46,506 bases of DNA from Sphingomonadaceae bacterium (lineage in GTDB: Bacteria; Pseudomonadota; Gammaproteobacteria; Burkholderiales; Burkholderiaceae_D). The stretch lies in contig JBGSBQ010000001.1 in NCBI GenBank assembly GCA_041730475.1, forward strand, positions 1 through 46,506, read 5' to 3'. A program made the position numbers and the translations under genes. How positions within the stretch are numbered: the first letter of the stretch is position 1; each line of letters begins with the position of its first letter. Below the pieces are notes generated by a model. It was not told the origin of the DNA. It worked only from the letters and a program-made list of their open reading frames with translations, and ran no database searches. Positions 31,290-41,103 of this stretch are shown here, piece after piece.

Positions 31290-32131
31290 AGGAGGACCCG
31301 CACATGCAAATGAATGAACCGGACGCGCATTTTGGCGCCAACGCCAGCCCGGGCCGCAAGATTGGCCCGGTGATCCTCGACCTGAAAAATATCTCGCTGG
31401 CGTTCGGCGGCGTGAAGGCGCTGACTGATATCTCCTTCGACGTGCGCCGGCACGAAATCCGCGCCATCATCGGCCCGAATGGCGCCGGCAAAAGCTCGAT
31501 GCTGAACGTGATCAACGGCGTGTACCGCCCGCAGCAGGGCGAGATCGTGTATCGCGGCCAGCCGCGCAAAGGCATGGATTGCTACGCGGCGGCCAAGTCC
31601 GGCATCGCCCGCACCTTCCAGAACATCGCGCTGTTCAAGGGCATGACGGTGCTCGACAACATCATGACCGGCCGTAACCTGAAGATGAAGTCCAACTTCC
31701 TGCTGCAGGCGCTGTACTGGGGCCCGGCGCAGCGCGAGGAAATCGCGCACCGCATCAAGGCCGAGGAAATCATCGACTTTCTCGAAATTCAGGCCATCCG
31801 CAAGACGCCGGTGGGGCGTCTGCCCTACGGCCTGCAAAAGCGCGTGGAACTGGGCCGGGCGCTGGCGGCGGAGCCGGAAATCCTGCTGCTGGACGAACCG
31901 ATGGCCGGCATGAACGTGGAAGAAAAACAGGACATGTGCCGCTTCATCCTCGACGTCAACGACCAATTTGGTACCACCATCGTCCTGATCGAACATGACA
32001 TGGGCGTGGTGATGGATATTTCGGACCGCGTGGTGGTACTCGACTACGGCAAGAAGATCGGTGACGGCACGCCCGACGAAGTGCGCTGCAACCAGGACGT
32101 GATCAATGCCTATCTTGGCGTGGGGTGCTGA
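31286..32131 (+). CDS. Branched-chain-type ABC ATPase (LivG-like)
   Basis: GPNGAGKS, ARTFQN, LPYG, LLDEP. Confidence 0.93.
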   Translation: MKEDPHMQMNEPDAHFGANASPGRKIGPVILDLKNISLAFGGVKALTDISFDVRRHEIRAIIGPNGAGKSSMLNVINGVYRPQQGEIVYRGQPRKGMDCYAAAKSGIARTFQNIALFKGMTVLDNIMTGRNLKMKSNFLLQALYWGPAQREEIAHRIKAEEIIDFLEIQAIRKTPVGRLPYGLQKRVELGRALAAEPEILLLDEPMAGMNVEEKQDMCRFILDVNDQFGTTIVLIEHDMGVVMDISDRVVVLDYGKKIGDGTPDEVRCNQDVINAYLGVGC

Positions 32132-33034
32132 ATGAATATCAATTTCTTCTTCGAGGTACTGATCGGCGGGCTGCTGTCCGGCGTCATGTATGCGCTGGTG
32201 GCGATCGGCTTTGTGCTGATCTACAAGGCGTCCGGCGTGTTCAATTTCGCACAGGGTGCGATGGTGTTCTTCGCCGCGCTGACCTGCGTCGGCATCGTCG
32301 ACAAGTTCGGCGTCTCGCTGTGGGTGGCGGTGCCGCTGACCATCGTCGTGATGATCCTGCTGGGACTGGTGATCGAGCGCGTGGTGCTGCGGCCACTGGT
32401 CAACCAGCCCGAGATCACGCTGTTCATGGCCACTATCGGACTGGCCTTCTTCATCGAGGGTCTGGCGCAGCTGATCTGGGGTTCGCAGGTGCACAAGCTG
32501 GAACTGCCGATCGAGGACGTGCCGCTGCAAATCCTGATGGACAAGTTCAACATCCTGGTTTCGCAGTTCGACGTGTTCGCGGCCGGTATCTGCGCCCTGC
32601 TGGTCACCTCACTGGCCCTGCTGTTCTCGAAGACCAAGGTCGGCCGTGCATTACGCGCCGTGGCCGACGACCATCAGGCCGCACTGGCGGTGGGCATCCC
32701 GCTGCAGCGCATCTGGGCCGTGCTGTGGGCGGTGGCCGGGCTGGTGGCACTGGTGGCCGGCATGCTGTGGGGCGCCCGCAACGGCGTACAGTTCGCCCTC
32801 ACCTTTGTGGCCCTGAAAGCGCTGCCGGTGCTGATACTCGGTGGCTTCACTTCGATGCCGGGAGCGATCGTCGGCGGCCTGATTATTGGTGCGTCCGAAA
32901 AACTCGCCGAAGTGTATATCGGCCCGCTGGTCGGCGGTGGCATCGAAGGCTGGTTCCCGTATGTACTGGCGCTGCTGTTCCTGCTGGTGCGCCCGGAAGG
33001 CCTGTTCGGTGAAAAAATCATCCGCCGGATTTAA
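32132..33034 (+). CDS. ABC permease (LivH-like)
   Basis: YALVAIGFVLIY...NFAQG, RPEGLFG. Confidence 0.93.
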   Translation: MNINFFFEVLIGGLLSGVMYALVAIGFVLIYKASGVFNFAQGAMVFFAALTCVGIVDKFGVSLWVAVPLTIVVMILLGLVIERVVLRPLVNQPEITLFMATIGLAFFIEGLAQLIWGSQVHKLELPIEDVPLQILMDKFNILVSQFDVFAAGICALLVTSLALLFSKTKVGRALRAVADDHQAALAVGIPLQRIWAVLWAVAGLVALVAGMLWGARNGVQFALTFVALKALPVLILGGFTSMPGAIVGGLIIGASEKLAEVYIGPLVGGGIEGWFPYVLALLFLLVRPEGLFGEKIIRRI

Positions 33035-33048
33035 AAGGACCCTCACCC

Positions 33049-33126
33049 GTCATTCCCGCGCAGGCGGGAATCCATGCGCCGCCTGCGAGTGTGCCATGTA
33101 TGGGTTCCCGCCTGCGCGGGAACGAC
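33049..33126. repeat. Inverted REP doublet (REPIN-like) with ATTCCC-N8-GGGAAT core
   Basis: 33049-33075 and reverse complement of 33100-33126 match at 25/27; each copy is internally palindromic. Confidence 0.88.
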
Positions 33127-33162
33127 ACGGTTGTCGATGGACGCAAATGAAAGAGGAAAACC

Positions 33163-34221
33163 ATGCTGTATCGCGAAGCAGGACAATTTAAAACCAGTTA
33201 TCAGGCCGACGGCCAGATCCTGCCGATTCGTCAGGACCGCATTGCGCTGGGGGCGCTGCTGGGGTTTGCCTTTGCACTGGTGCCTTTGCTGGCCTCACCG
33301 TATGCGCTGTCAGCGATCCTGATCCCGTTCCTGATCTTTTCGCTGGCGGCGCTGGGCCTGAACATCCTGACCGGTTACGCCGGCCAGCTGTCGCTCGGCA
33401 CCGCCGCCTTCATGGCAGTCGGCGCTTTCGCCGCCTACAACTTCATGGCGCGCCTGCCCGGGCTGCCGATCCTGCTGGCGTTTGCGCTCGGTGGCCTGAG
33501 CGCAGCCATGGTCGGCATCGCGTTCGGCCTGCCGTCGCTGCGCATCCGTGGCTTCTACCTCGCCGCCTCGACGCTGGCTACCCAGTTCTTTGTAGTCTGG
33601 TGCCTGACCAAGATTCCCTACCTGACCAACTACAGCAGCTCGGGCGTGATCACGGCGCAGAAGATCGTTATCCTCGGCATCGCCTTCGATACGCCGGGCC
33701 GCAAATACCTGCTGGTGCTGGCGGTGGTGGCGTTGATGGCGCTACTGGCCAAGAACATGATCCGCTCCAATGTCGGCCGTTCGTGGATGGCGGTGCGCGA
33801 CATGGACGTGGCGGCCGAGGTGATCGGCTTCCGCCTGATGCGCACCAAGCTGCTGGCCTTTGCCGTCAGTTCCTTCTACTGCGGCGTAGCCGGCGCGCTG
33901 TATGCGTTCGCCTACCTCGGCACGGTGGAGCCGGAAGCCTACAACCTCGATCTGTCGTTCCGCATCCTGTTCATGATCATCATCGGCGGGGTCGGCTCGG
34001 TGCTCGGCTCCTTCCTCGGCGCCGCCTTCATCGTGCTGCTGCCAGTGGTACTGAACATCGTGGCGCACAGCCTGGCGCTGCCGACCAATGTCGCCTCCAA
34101 TCTGGAGCTGATGGTGTTCGGCGCGCTGATTATCTTTTTCTTGATCGTCGAGCCACATGGCCTGGCGCGTTTATGGCAAATCGGTAAAGAGAAATTGCGC
34201 CTGTGGCCTTTCCCGCACTGA
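33163..34221 (+). CDS. ABC permease (LivM-like)
   Basis: GLNILTGYAGQLSLG, LRIRGFYLA, EPHGLA. Confidence 0.93.
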   Translation: MLYREAGQFKTSYQADGQILPIRQDRIALGALLGFAFALVPLLASPYALSAILIPFLIFSLAALGLNILTGYAGQLSLGTAAFMAVGAFAAYNFMARLPGLPILLAFALGGLSAAMVGIAFGLPSLRIRGFYLAASTLATQFFVVWCLTKIPYLTNYSSSGVITAQKIVILGIAFDTPGRKYLLVLAVVALMALLAKNMIRSNVGRSWMAVRDMDVAAEVIGFRLMRTKLLAFAVSSFYCGVAGALYAFAYLGTVEPEAYNLDLSFRILFMIIIGGVGSVLGSFLGAAFIVLLPVVLNIVAHSLALPTNVASNLELMVFGALIIFFLIVEPHGLARLWQIGKEKLRLWPFPH

Positions 34222-34268
34222 GCGCAACACAAGCACTATTGAGCTGTTTGATATTACAAGGAGACGAC

Positions 34269-35591
34269 ATGAACTACCTGAAATCCCTGATGCTCGGTAC
34301 CGCACTGGTGGCCGCTGCCGGCGCCATCGCCCCCGCTTATGCACAAGCGCCCGTGACCGAACAATTCGTCGCGCTGCCGACTTACCGCGTCGGCCCTTAT
34401 GCTGCCGGCGGCTCCGGCTTCTACGGCGGTGCGATCGACTACTTCAACCTCGTCAACCTGAGCGGCGGCGTGAATGGCGTCAAGATCTCGTGGGAAGAAT
34501 GCGAAACCGAATACAACCCGTCGCGTGGGGTGGAATGCTATGAACGGCTGAAGACCAAAAACGGCGGCGCCACACTGGTCGAGCCGCTATCGACCAGTAT
34601 CGCCTACGGCATCCTGGATCGCCTGCCGACCGACAAAATCCCGATGACGATGATCGGCTACGGCCGCTCGGACGCCGCCAACGGCAAGGTGTTCCCATAT
34701 GTGTTCCCGCTGATTACCAGCTACTGGAATCAGGCTGCCGCCATGATCAAATACCTCGGCGACAAGAACGGCGGCATGGACAAGCTGAAAGGCAAAAAGA
34801 TCGTGCACCTGTACCACGATTCGGCCTTCGGCAAGGAACCGCTGCCGGTACTGGAAGCGCTGGCCAAGCAGCATGGCTTTGAACTGATCAAGATCGCAGT
34901 CGCGCCACCGGGCAGCGAACAGCAATCGCAATGGCTGCAAATCCGGCAGGCCAATCCCGATCACGTGATCCTGTGGGGCTGGGGCGTCATGAATTCGGTC
35001 GCCATCAAGACTGCACAGCGTAACGGCTTCCCGCGCGAAAAAATGCTGGGCGTCTGGTGGGCCGGTTCGGAAGAAGACACCGTGCCATCGGGCGATGCCG
35101 CCAAGGGCTATTCGGCCATGACCTTCAACACCCCCGGCAACTATCCGCTGATGGACGAGATCCACAAGAAGCTGTACGACGCCGGCAAGGGCAACCTGTC
35201 TGACCGTTCGCGCATCGGCTCGGTGTACCACATGCGTGGCGTCACCGCCGCCATCCTGTGGGTAGAAGCCATGCGTACCGCGCAAGATAAATTCGGCAAG
35301 GGCAAACCGGTCACCGGCGAGCAAATGCGCTGGGGTCTGGAGCACCTGAACGTGGACGAAGCACGTCAGAAAGCCATCGGCGCCTTCGGCATGCTGCCAG
35401 TGGTGAAGACCAGCTGCGACGACCATGAAGGATCGGGCGCCGTGAAAGTCCAGCAGTGGGACGGCAAGAAATGGGTCGCCATCACACCGAACTGGATCGT
35501 CGGCGACAAGGCCCTGACCCGCAAGCTGCTGGAGGATTCCTCCAACGCCTACGCGGCCGAGAAAAAAATCACGCCGGCCTGCGCCAAATGA
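34269..35591 (+). CDS. ABC substrate-binding protein (LivK-like)
   Basis: Signal peptide ending AYA-Q; GGVNGVKI..EECETEY; SD AAGGAG. Confidence 0.92.
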   Translation: MNYLKSLMLGTALVAAAGAIAPAYAQAPVTEQFVALPTYRVGPYAAGGSGFYGGAIDYFNLVNLSGGVNGVKISWEECETEYNPSRGVECYERLKTKNGGATLVEPLSTSIAYGILDRLPTDKIPMTMIGYGRSDAANGKVFPYVFPLITSYWNQAAAMIKYLGDKNGGMDKLKGKKIVHLYHDSAFGKEPLPVLEALAKQHGFELIKIAVAPPGSEQQSQWLQIRQANPDHVILWGWGVMNSVAIKTAQRNGFPREKMLGVWWAGSEEDTVPSGDAAKGYSAMTFNTPGNYPLMDEIHKKLYDAGKGNLSDRSRIGSVYHMRGVTAAILWVEAMRTAQDKFGKGKPVTGEQMRWGLEHLNVDEARQKAIGAFGMLPVVKTSCDDHEGSGAVKVQQWDGKKWVAITPNWIVGDKALTRKLLEDSSNAYAAEKKITPACAK

Positions 35592-36442
35592 TGTCTGCGC
35601 CATCCATCTCCACGACAGCGGCGGCGGCGGCGCCGGCCGCTGCGCCCTATCTGTCGGTCAACAACATCGAGGTCATTTACGACCACGTGATTCTGGTGTT
35701 GAAGGGCGTCTCGCTGCAGGTCCCAGAGGGCAGCATCGTGGCCCTGCTGGGAGCGAATGGCGCCGGCAAGTCGACCACGCTGAAAACCATCTCGACGCTG
35801 CTGCGCGGTGAGCGTGGCGACGTCACCAAGGGCGAGGTGCAGTTCAAGGGGGAACGGGTCGACCAGCTGACGCCGAATGAGCTGGTCAAGCGCGGCCTGT
35901 CGCAGGTGATGGAAGGCCGCCATTGCTTCGGCCACCTGACCATCGAAGAAAACCTGCTGACCGGCGCCTACACCCGCAGCCTGTCGCGCAGCGAACTGAA
36001 AGCGGCGCTCGACAAGGTGTACCACTACTTCCCGCGCCTGCGCGAGCGACGCAGCAGTCAGGCCGGTTACACCTCGGGCGGCGAGCAGCAAATGTGCGCC
36101 ATCGGCCGCGCGCTGATGGCCAAGCCATCGATGATCTTGCTGGACGAACCGTCGATGGGGATCGCGCCGCAGATCGTCGAAGAGATCTTCGGCATCGTGA
36201 AGGACTTGAACAGCAAGGAGAACGTATCCTTCCTGCTGGCCGAGCAGAACACCAGCATCGCGCTGCGCTATGCCGACTTCGGCTACATCCTCGAAAACGG
36301 CCGGGTCGTGATGGAAGGTGCGGCCAGTGAACTGGCCAGCAATGAAGACGTCAAGGAGTTCTACCTCGGCGTATCCGGCGCTGGCCGCAAGAGCTTCCGC
36401 GACATGAAATTCTACCGCCGCCGCAAACGCTGGCTGGCCTGA
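35588..36442 (+). CDS. ABC ATPase (LivF-like)
   Basis: GANGAGKST, SGGEQQM, LLDEPSMG. Confidence 0.93.
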   Translation: MMSAPSISTTAAAAAPAAAPYLSVNNIEVIYDHVILVLKGVSLQVPEGSIVALLGANGAGKSTTLKTISTLLRGERGDVTKGEVQFKGERVDQLTPNELVKRGLSQVMEGRHCFGHLTIEENLLTGAYTRSLSRSELKAALDKVYHYFPRLRERRSSQAGYTSGGEQQMCAIGRALMAKPSMILLDEPSMGIAPQIVEEIFGIVKDLNSKENVSFLLAEQNTSIALRYADFGYILENGRVVMEGAASELASNEDVKEFYLGVSGAGRKSFRDMKFYRRRKRWLA

Positions 36443-36490
36443 CCTGACCTGATACCGCCCTCCCCTGCGCGACATTGAAAGAACAGCACC

Positions 36491-37750
36491 ATGGCCGATA
36501 CGCTCGACAATCTGGAAACCCGCAACGCTGAAGAACGCGAACGCGATTTGCTGCAGCGCCTGCCGCAGCTGGTCGCCCGCGCCCAGAGTGCAGCGGGCTG
36601 GGCCCGCATCCTGCAGGACGTCCAGCCCGAGGCGATCAACAGCCGCGCCGCACTGGCCCAGCTGCCGGTCACGCGCAAATCGGAACTGCACCAGCTGCAA
36701 GCGGCGCTGCCGCCGTTTGGCGGCCTGAATGCCAGCCCGGTCAGTCAGCTGTCACGCGTGTATATGTCGCCCGGTCCGATCTTCGATCCCGAAGGCCGCG
36801 GCCAGGACTGGTGGCGCTTTGCGCGGCCCATGTATGCGGCCGGGGTGCGCGCCGGCGGCCTGCTGCAAAACTGCTTCTCCTACCACTTCACGCCGGCTGC
36901 CTTCATGGTCGAAGGCGGCGCGGCGCGCATCGGCAGCGCGGTGATACCGGCCGGCGCCGGGCAGACCGAGATGCAAGTGCAGGCGATGGCGGAACTGAAG
37001 CCGGACACCTATATCGGTACCCCTTCCTTCCTGAAGATCATCATCGAAAAAGCGCAGGAAATGGGCGTCGACATCAGCAGCGTGAAGCAGGCCATGGTGG
37101 GCGCCGAAGCGCTGCCGGCATCGCTACGCAGCTGGTTCGCCGAACATGGTGTGCCACTGGTGCTGCAAACCTATGCGTCGGCCGATATCGGCAGCATCGC
37201 CTATGAAACCTTCAGCGACGGCGTACTCAATCCCGGCATGGTGCTGGACGAAGACGTGCTGCTGGAGATCGTCCGTCCCGGCAGCGGCGACCCGGTCGCG
37301 CCGGGCGAGATCGGTGAGGTAGTGGTCACCCTGTTCAACCACGACTACCCGCTGATCCGCTTTGCCACCGGCGACCTGTCGGCCATGCTGGTTGATGCCC
37401 CGCCCTCGCCTTGCGGGCGCAGTAACACCCGCATCAAAGGCTGGATGGGACGTGCCGACCAGACTACCAAGGTGCGCGCCATGTTCGTCCATCCGTCGCA
37501 GGTTAACGAGATCGTGCGGCGCCATCCCGAAATCCTGAAAGCGCGGCTGGTGGTGTCGGGCCAGATGGCGCAGGACGTGATGACGCTGCACTGCGAAGTG
37601 GCCGATGGCAGCGCGTCCGCCAGCGCCAGCGCCGCCATCGTCGAGTCGATCCGCGAGCTGACCAAGCTGCGCGGCGAAGTGCAGTTTGCCGCCCCCGGCA
37701 GCCTGCCCAGCGACGGCAAGGTGATCGCCGATATACGCGACTACAAATAG
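36491..37750 (+). CDS. Phenylacetate-CoA ligase-like (PaaK family) protein
   Basis: LPVTRKSEL, GTPSFL, YPLIRFATGD, GRADQTTKVR. Confidence 0.85.
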   Translation: MADTLDNLETRNAEERERDLLQRLPQLVARAQSAAGWARILQDVQPEAINSRAALAQLPVTRKSELHQLQAALPPFGGLNASPVSQLSRVYMSPGPIFDPEGRGQDWWRFARPMYAAGVRAGGLLQNCFSYHFTPAAFMVEGGAARIGSAVIPAGAGQTEMQVQAMAELKPDTYIGTPSFLKIIIEKAQEMGVDISSVKQAMVGAEALPASLRSWFAEHGVPLVLQTYASADIGSIAYETFSDGVLNPGMVLDEDVLLEIVRPGSGDPVAPGEIGEVVVTLFNHDYPLIRFATGDLSAMLVDAPPSPCGRSNTRIKGWMGRADQTTKVRAMFVHPSQVNEIVRRHPEILKARLVVSGQMAQDVMTLHCEVADGSASASASAAIVESIRELTKLRGEVQFAAPGSLPSDGKVIADIRDYK

Positions 37751-37814
37751 GCAGGCCGGTGGATATGGCGGATAATGGTGGCCTTCTCCCCTGTTCCAGA
37801 AATCGTAGACGATC

Positions 37815-38384
37815 ATGCAAGACTTCCACCATAACCGCGCCCGCAGCCTGCTGGAGAACGCGGAAGAGCTGTTTAATAAAGAGACTGTAGACCAAGCCGT
37901 CAGCACCATGGCGGCCACGCTGAACCAGCGTTTTGACCGTGCCGACAGCGAGGAATTCCCGCTGGTGCTGGGCGTGATGGGCGGCGCCGTGGTCTTCACT
38001 GGCAACCTGCTGCCGCAACTAACCTTCCCGCTCGAATTCGACTACATCCACGTCAGCCGCTACGGCGATGACGACCGGGGTGGTCAGGTGGTGTGGAAGG
38101 TGGTACCACGCTCGAACGTCAGCGGCCGCACCGTCATCGTGCTGGACGACATCCTCGACGAAGGCGAAACACTGGCCCACGTCAAACAGCGCCTGCTGGA
38201 CATGGGCGCGGCCGAAGTGATACTGGCGGTGTTTGCCGACAAGGCAATCGGCAAGGCCAAGCCGGTCAAGGCCGATATCGTCGGCATCACCATCCCGAAC
38301 CGCTTCGTGGTCGGTTTCGGCATGGACGCCTACGGCTACTGGCGCAACCTGCCGGGCCTGTGGGCCATCAAGACAGAAAGCTAA
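37815..38384 (+). CDS. hpt: Hypoxanthine-guanine phosphoribosyltransferase
   Basis: VLDDILDEGETL PRPP loop, FVVGFGMD, RNLP. Confidence 0.92.
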   Translation: MQDFHHNRARSLLENAEELFNKETVDQAVSTMAATLNQRFDRADSEEFPLVLGVMGGAVVFTGNLLPQLTFPLEFDYIHVSRYGDDDRGGQVVWKVVPRSNVSGRTVIVLDDILDEGETLAHVKQRLLDMGAAEVILAVFADKAIGKAKPVKADIVGITIPNRFVVGFGMDAYGYWRNLPGLWAIKTES

Positions 38385-38393
38385 GGCTGAGAG

Positions 38394-39428
38394 CTAAGAC
38401 GGAGAGCTCAAACGTAGCACCACCTTGCCGAACGGGCCGGCATCAAGCCGGTCCAGCGCGGCCTGTACAGCCGCCGCATCGTCAAAGGCGGCATCGATCA
38501 CCGTATCGATGACCGGATGCAGCGCATGCCGCTGCATGAAGTCGCACATCCGCGCCAGCATTGCGTGCGATCCGGTTTCCACGCCACGGATGCGCAGGTT
38601 CTTGTTCATCACCGTGTAGATATCGAGCGGGTTGCTGTGCTCCTGCACCACGCCGATAACGGCCACCGTGCCCTCGAACGCCGCCGCCCGCGCCGACTGC
38701 CGCAGCGAATCGCGCAAGCCCATGTCCAGCACCAACTGAGCGCCCGCGCCGCCAGTCAGCGCCAGCACTTCGCGCTCCCAGTCCGGGGTGACGGTGCTGT
38801 CGATCGCCACCGCTGCCCCCAGCTGCAAGGCCAGCCGCAGCTTGGCCACCGAGCGCGATACCACGATCACGCGCGCGCCCAGCGCCAGCGCAAACTGGAT
38901 CGCGAACACCGCCACGCCACCGGTGGTTTGCACCACCACCGTATCCCCGGCTGACAGCACGCCCAGTTCCACCACCGCATGCCATGCCGTCAGCGCCGCC
39001 ACCGGCAAAGTGGCGGCCTCGCTGTCGCTCAGGTGCGCGGGTGCTGCCAGCAGCTCGGTGTCATCGGCATCGATGAATTCGGCCAGTACGCCGTCGCGCT
39101 CACGGCTGCCCATGCTGTCGGCCAATCCTGCCGCCGTCAACGGCCCGTCCAGCCAGCGCGGCAGCGCGGTCGTGATGACGCGCTGGCCGACCTTAAACCG
39201 GGTGACGGCGCTGCCCACCGCGACCACCACTCCAGCGGCATCGCTGAACGGCACCCGAGCGTCCAGTGCGGCGCGGAAGCGGTTGCCCCGCACCACATAG
39301 CTGTCGCGAAAATTCAGGCCGATCGCCTGCACGGCAACTCGCAATTGATGCGCGCCCAAGGTGGGCGCGACCTGACGCACCGGCTGCAAGCCGCCCTGTC
39401 CATCGCTACGAAAAACGTGATATTCCAT
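38394..39428 (-). CDS. MDR-superfamily NAD(P)-dependent oxidoreductase
   Basis: GLNFRD, EAATLPVAALTAW, TGGVA, FGKVVL. Confidence 0.9.
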   Translation of the reverse strand: MEYHVFRSDGQGGLQPVRQVAPTLGAHQLRVAVQAIGLNFRDSYVVRGNRFRAALDARVPFSDAAGVVVAVGSAVTRFKVGQRVITTALPRWLDGPLTAAGLADSMGSRERDGVLAEFIDADDTELLAAPAHLSDSEAATLPVAALTAWHAVVELGVLSAGDTVVVQTTGGVAVFAIQFALALGARVIVVSRSVAKLRLALQLGAAVAIDSTVTPDWEREVLALTGGAGAQLVLDMGLRDSLRQSARAAAFEGTVAVIGVVQEHSNPLDIYTVMNKNLRIRGVETGSHAMLARMCDFMQRHALHPVIDTVIDAAFDDAAAVQAALDRLDAGPFGKVVLRLSSPS

Positions 39429-39498
39429 GATTCCTCCTGTGGCAAACAGTATCGATCTGCGACCTCAGATTAACAATCCGCCTACAATGCAAAGGTTT

Positions 39499-39515
39499 GT
39501 TGATTTGAACGCAAC
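39499..39515. promoter_or_regulatory. LysR-type binding site GTTG-N9-CAAC
   Basis: Palindrome containing T-N11-A between divergent oxidoreductase and lysR. Confidence 0.5.
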
Positions 39516-39528
39516 GAAGGGAAACACC

Positions 39529-40428
39529 ATGGAAATGCTGAAAGAAATGGCGATCTTCGCCCAGGTGGTCGACAGCGGCGGTTTTTCGGCCGCAGCACGC
39601 CAGCTGGGCATCACCACGTCGGCCGTCAGCCGCCATGTGACGCGGCTGGAAGCGCATCTGGGTGGCCGGCTGCTGTTGCGCACCACACGCGCGCTGTCAC
39701 TGACGGAACTGGGGCAGCAGGTACATGGCGCCTGCGTACGTCTGCTGAATACCGCGCGGGAAGTCCACGCCATGGCCGGTAACTACGGCGCCCGTCCCGG
39801 CGGCGTGCTGCGGGTCAGCGCTCCGGTGGTGTTCGGCCAGACCTGGCTGGCGCCACGCCTGCCCGGCTTCCTCGACGCCTATCCGGACATCGACGTGCAA
39901 CTGACACTGATCGACCGCACTGTCGATCTGGCGGAAGAAGGCGTCGACCTCGCCATCCGCATCGCCCGTGAACTGGCGCCGGGACTGGCGGCACGGCCCT
40001 TGTGCGCGATGCGCTATGTGCTAGTGGCGGCGCCTGCCTATCTGCAGCAGCACCCGGCGCCGCAGCAGCCCGGCGAACTGGCGCAGCATCGTTGCTGCTA
40101 TCTGGGTTATGAACGCTTCGGCAAGCACTGGACGCTGGAACGCGCGGGCCAGCAAGTACAGGTTGAGGCGCCTACCCGCCTCACCATCAACAACAGTGCC
40201 GCCATCGTGGCGGTCGTGGAAGCGGGCGGCGGTATTGGACTGGTCCCGGATTTCGCCGCAGCTGCCGCGTTGCAAGCGGGCCGCTTGCAACCGGTGCTGC
40301 CGGACTGGGAATTCTGCGCTCCCTACACCGGCACCGTCCACGCCGTCTACACGCCCGGCCGCCACGTCGCCCTGAAGGTAAGGGTGCTCATCGATTATTT
40401 ATTGCAGCAGCCAAGCGCAAACTTGTAA
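39529..40428 (+). CDS. LysR-family regulator (CrgA-like)
   Basis: FAQVVDSGGFSAAARQLG, LLLRTTRALSLTE, DLAEEGVDLAIR. Confidence 0.95.
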   Translation: MEMLKEMAIFAQVVDSGGFSAAARQLGITTSAVSRHVTRLEAHLGGRLLLRTTRALSLTELGQQVHGACVRLLNTAREVHAMAGNYGARPGGVLRVSAPVVFGQTWLAPRLPGFLDAYPDIDVQLTLIDRTVDLAEEGVDLAIRIARELAPGLAARPLCAMRYVLVAAPAYLQQHPAPQQPGELAQHRCCYLGYERFGKHWTLERAGQQVQVEAPTRLTINNSAAIVAVVEAGGGIGLVPDFAAAAALQAGRLQPVLPDWEFCAPYTGTVHAVYTPGRHVALKVRVLIDYLLQQPSANL

Positions 40429-40431
40429 AAC

Positions 40432-40468
40432 CCCAAATTGGGTACTAACATGCCCATTATGGGTACTA
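40432..40468. promoter_or_regulatory. Tandem palindromic operators CCCAwwwTGGG-TACTA at the MNT start
   Basis: CCCAAATTGGGTACTA (40432) and CCCATTATGGGTACTA (40453), 21-bp period. Confidence 0.65.
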
Positions 40469-41103
40469 CCGCAAACGTCCTTTTTACCAAGACTCAGCAA
40501 CGCGTGCTGGCCATCCTGTTCGGTGAGCCGCAACGAACTTTTTATGCCAACGAAATCATCGGACTGGCCGCCACTGGATCCGGCACGGTTCAACGTGAGC
40601 TAGCTCGGCTCGAGGGTGCGGGTCTGATAATTTGTCGTCGCATAGGTAATCAAAAGCACTATCAGGCGAATCCGGGCGCACCAATTTTTGCCGAGTTGTG
40701 CGCCATTGTCCGCAAAACATTTGGCCTGAGCTCCGTCATCCGCGCTGCTCTGACGCTGTTAAGTCCACACATTCATGTGGCGTTTATCTACGGCTCAATC
40801 GCTAAAGGGACCGAAACCGCGCGCAGCGATATTGATTTGCTTCTGATTGGCGACATACCAACACAGGCACAATTGCTGGAAGCCTTGGCGCCGGCCCAAA
40901 CGCAACTGCAGCGCGAGATCAATCCAACGCTGTACAAGCCAGAAGAATTCCGTCAGCGACTTCAAACCAATCAGACATTCCTGCTGCGGATATTGAACCA
41001 ACCCAAGCTCTTCATCCACGGATCGGAGCATGACATCCTCCAGCTCAACAGCGCTGGCCAATCTGGCCAACATCGGCAGGCTGAAATTGGAGCCGCCGGA
41101 TAG
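40450..41103 (+). CDS. wHTH + minimal nucleotidyltransferase (MNT) antitoxin-like protein
   Basis: N-terminal wHTH (GTVQRELARLE); GSIAKG-TETARS-DID = GSX10DXD; start 40450 or 40459. Confidence 0.88.
   Translation: MPIMGTTANVLFTKTQQRVLAILFGEPQRTFYANEIIGLAATGSGTVQRELARLEGAGLIICRRIGNQKHYQANPGAPIFAELCAIVRKTFGLSSVIRAALTLLSPHIHVAFIYGSIAKGTETARSDIDLLLIGDIPTQAQLLEALAPAQTQLQREINPTLYKPEEFRQRLQTNQTFLLRILNQPKLFIHGSEHDILQLNSAGQSGQHRQAEIGAAG

Noticed and set aside
33049-33126. CRISPR mini-array
   Set aside because: Only two copies, in inverted orientation, and no cas genes
38378-38410. Short AGCTAAG/GAGAGCT repeats as a target-site duplication
   Set aside because: Too short, with no matching copy at the other end of the putative insert
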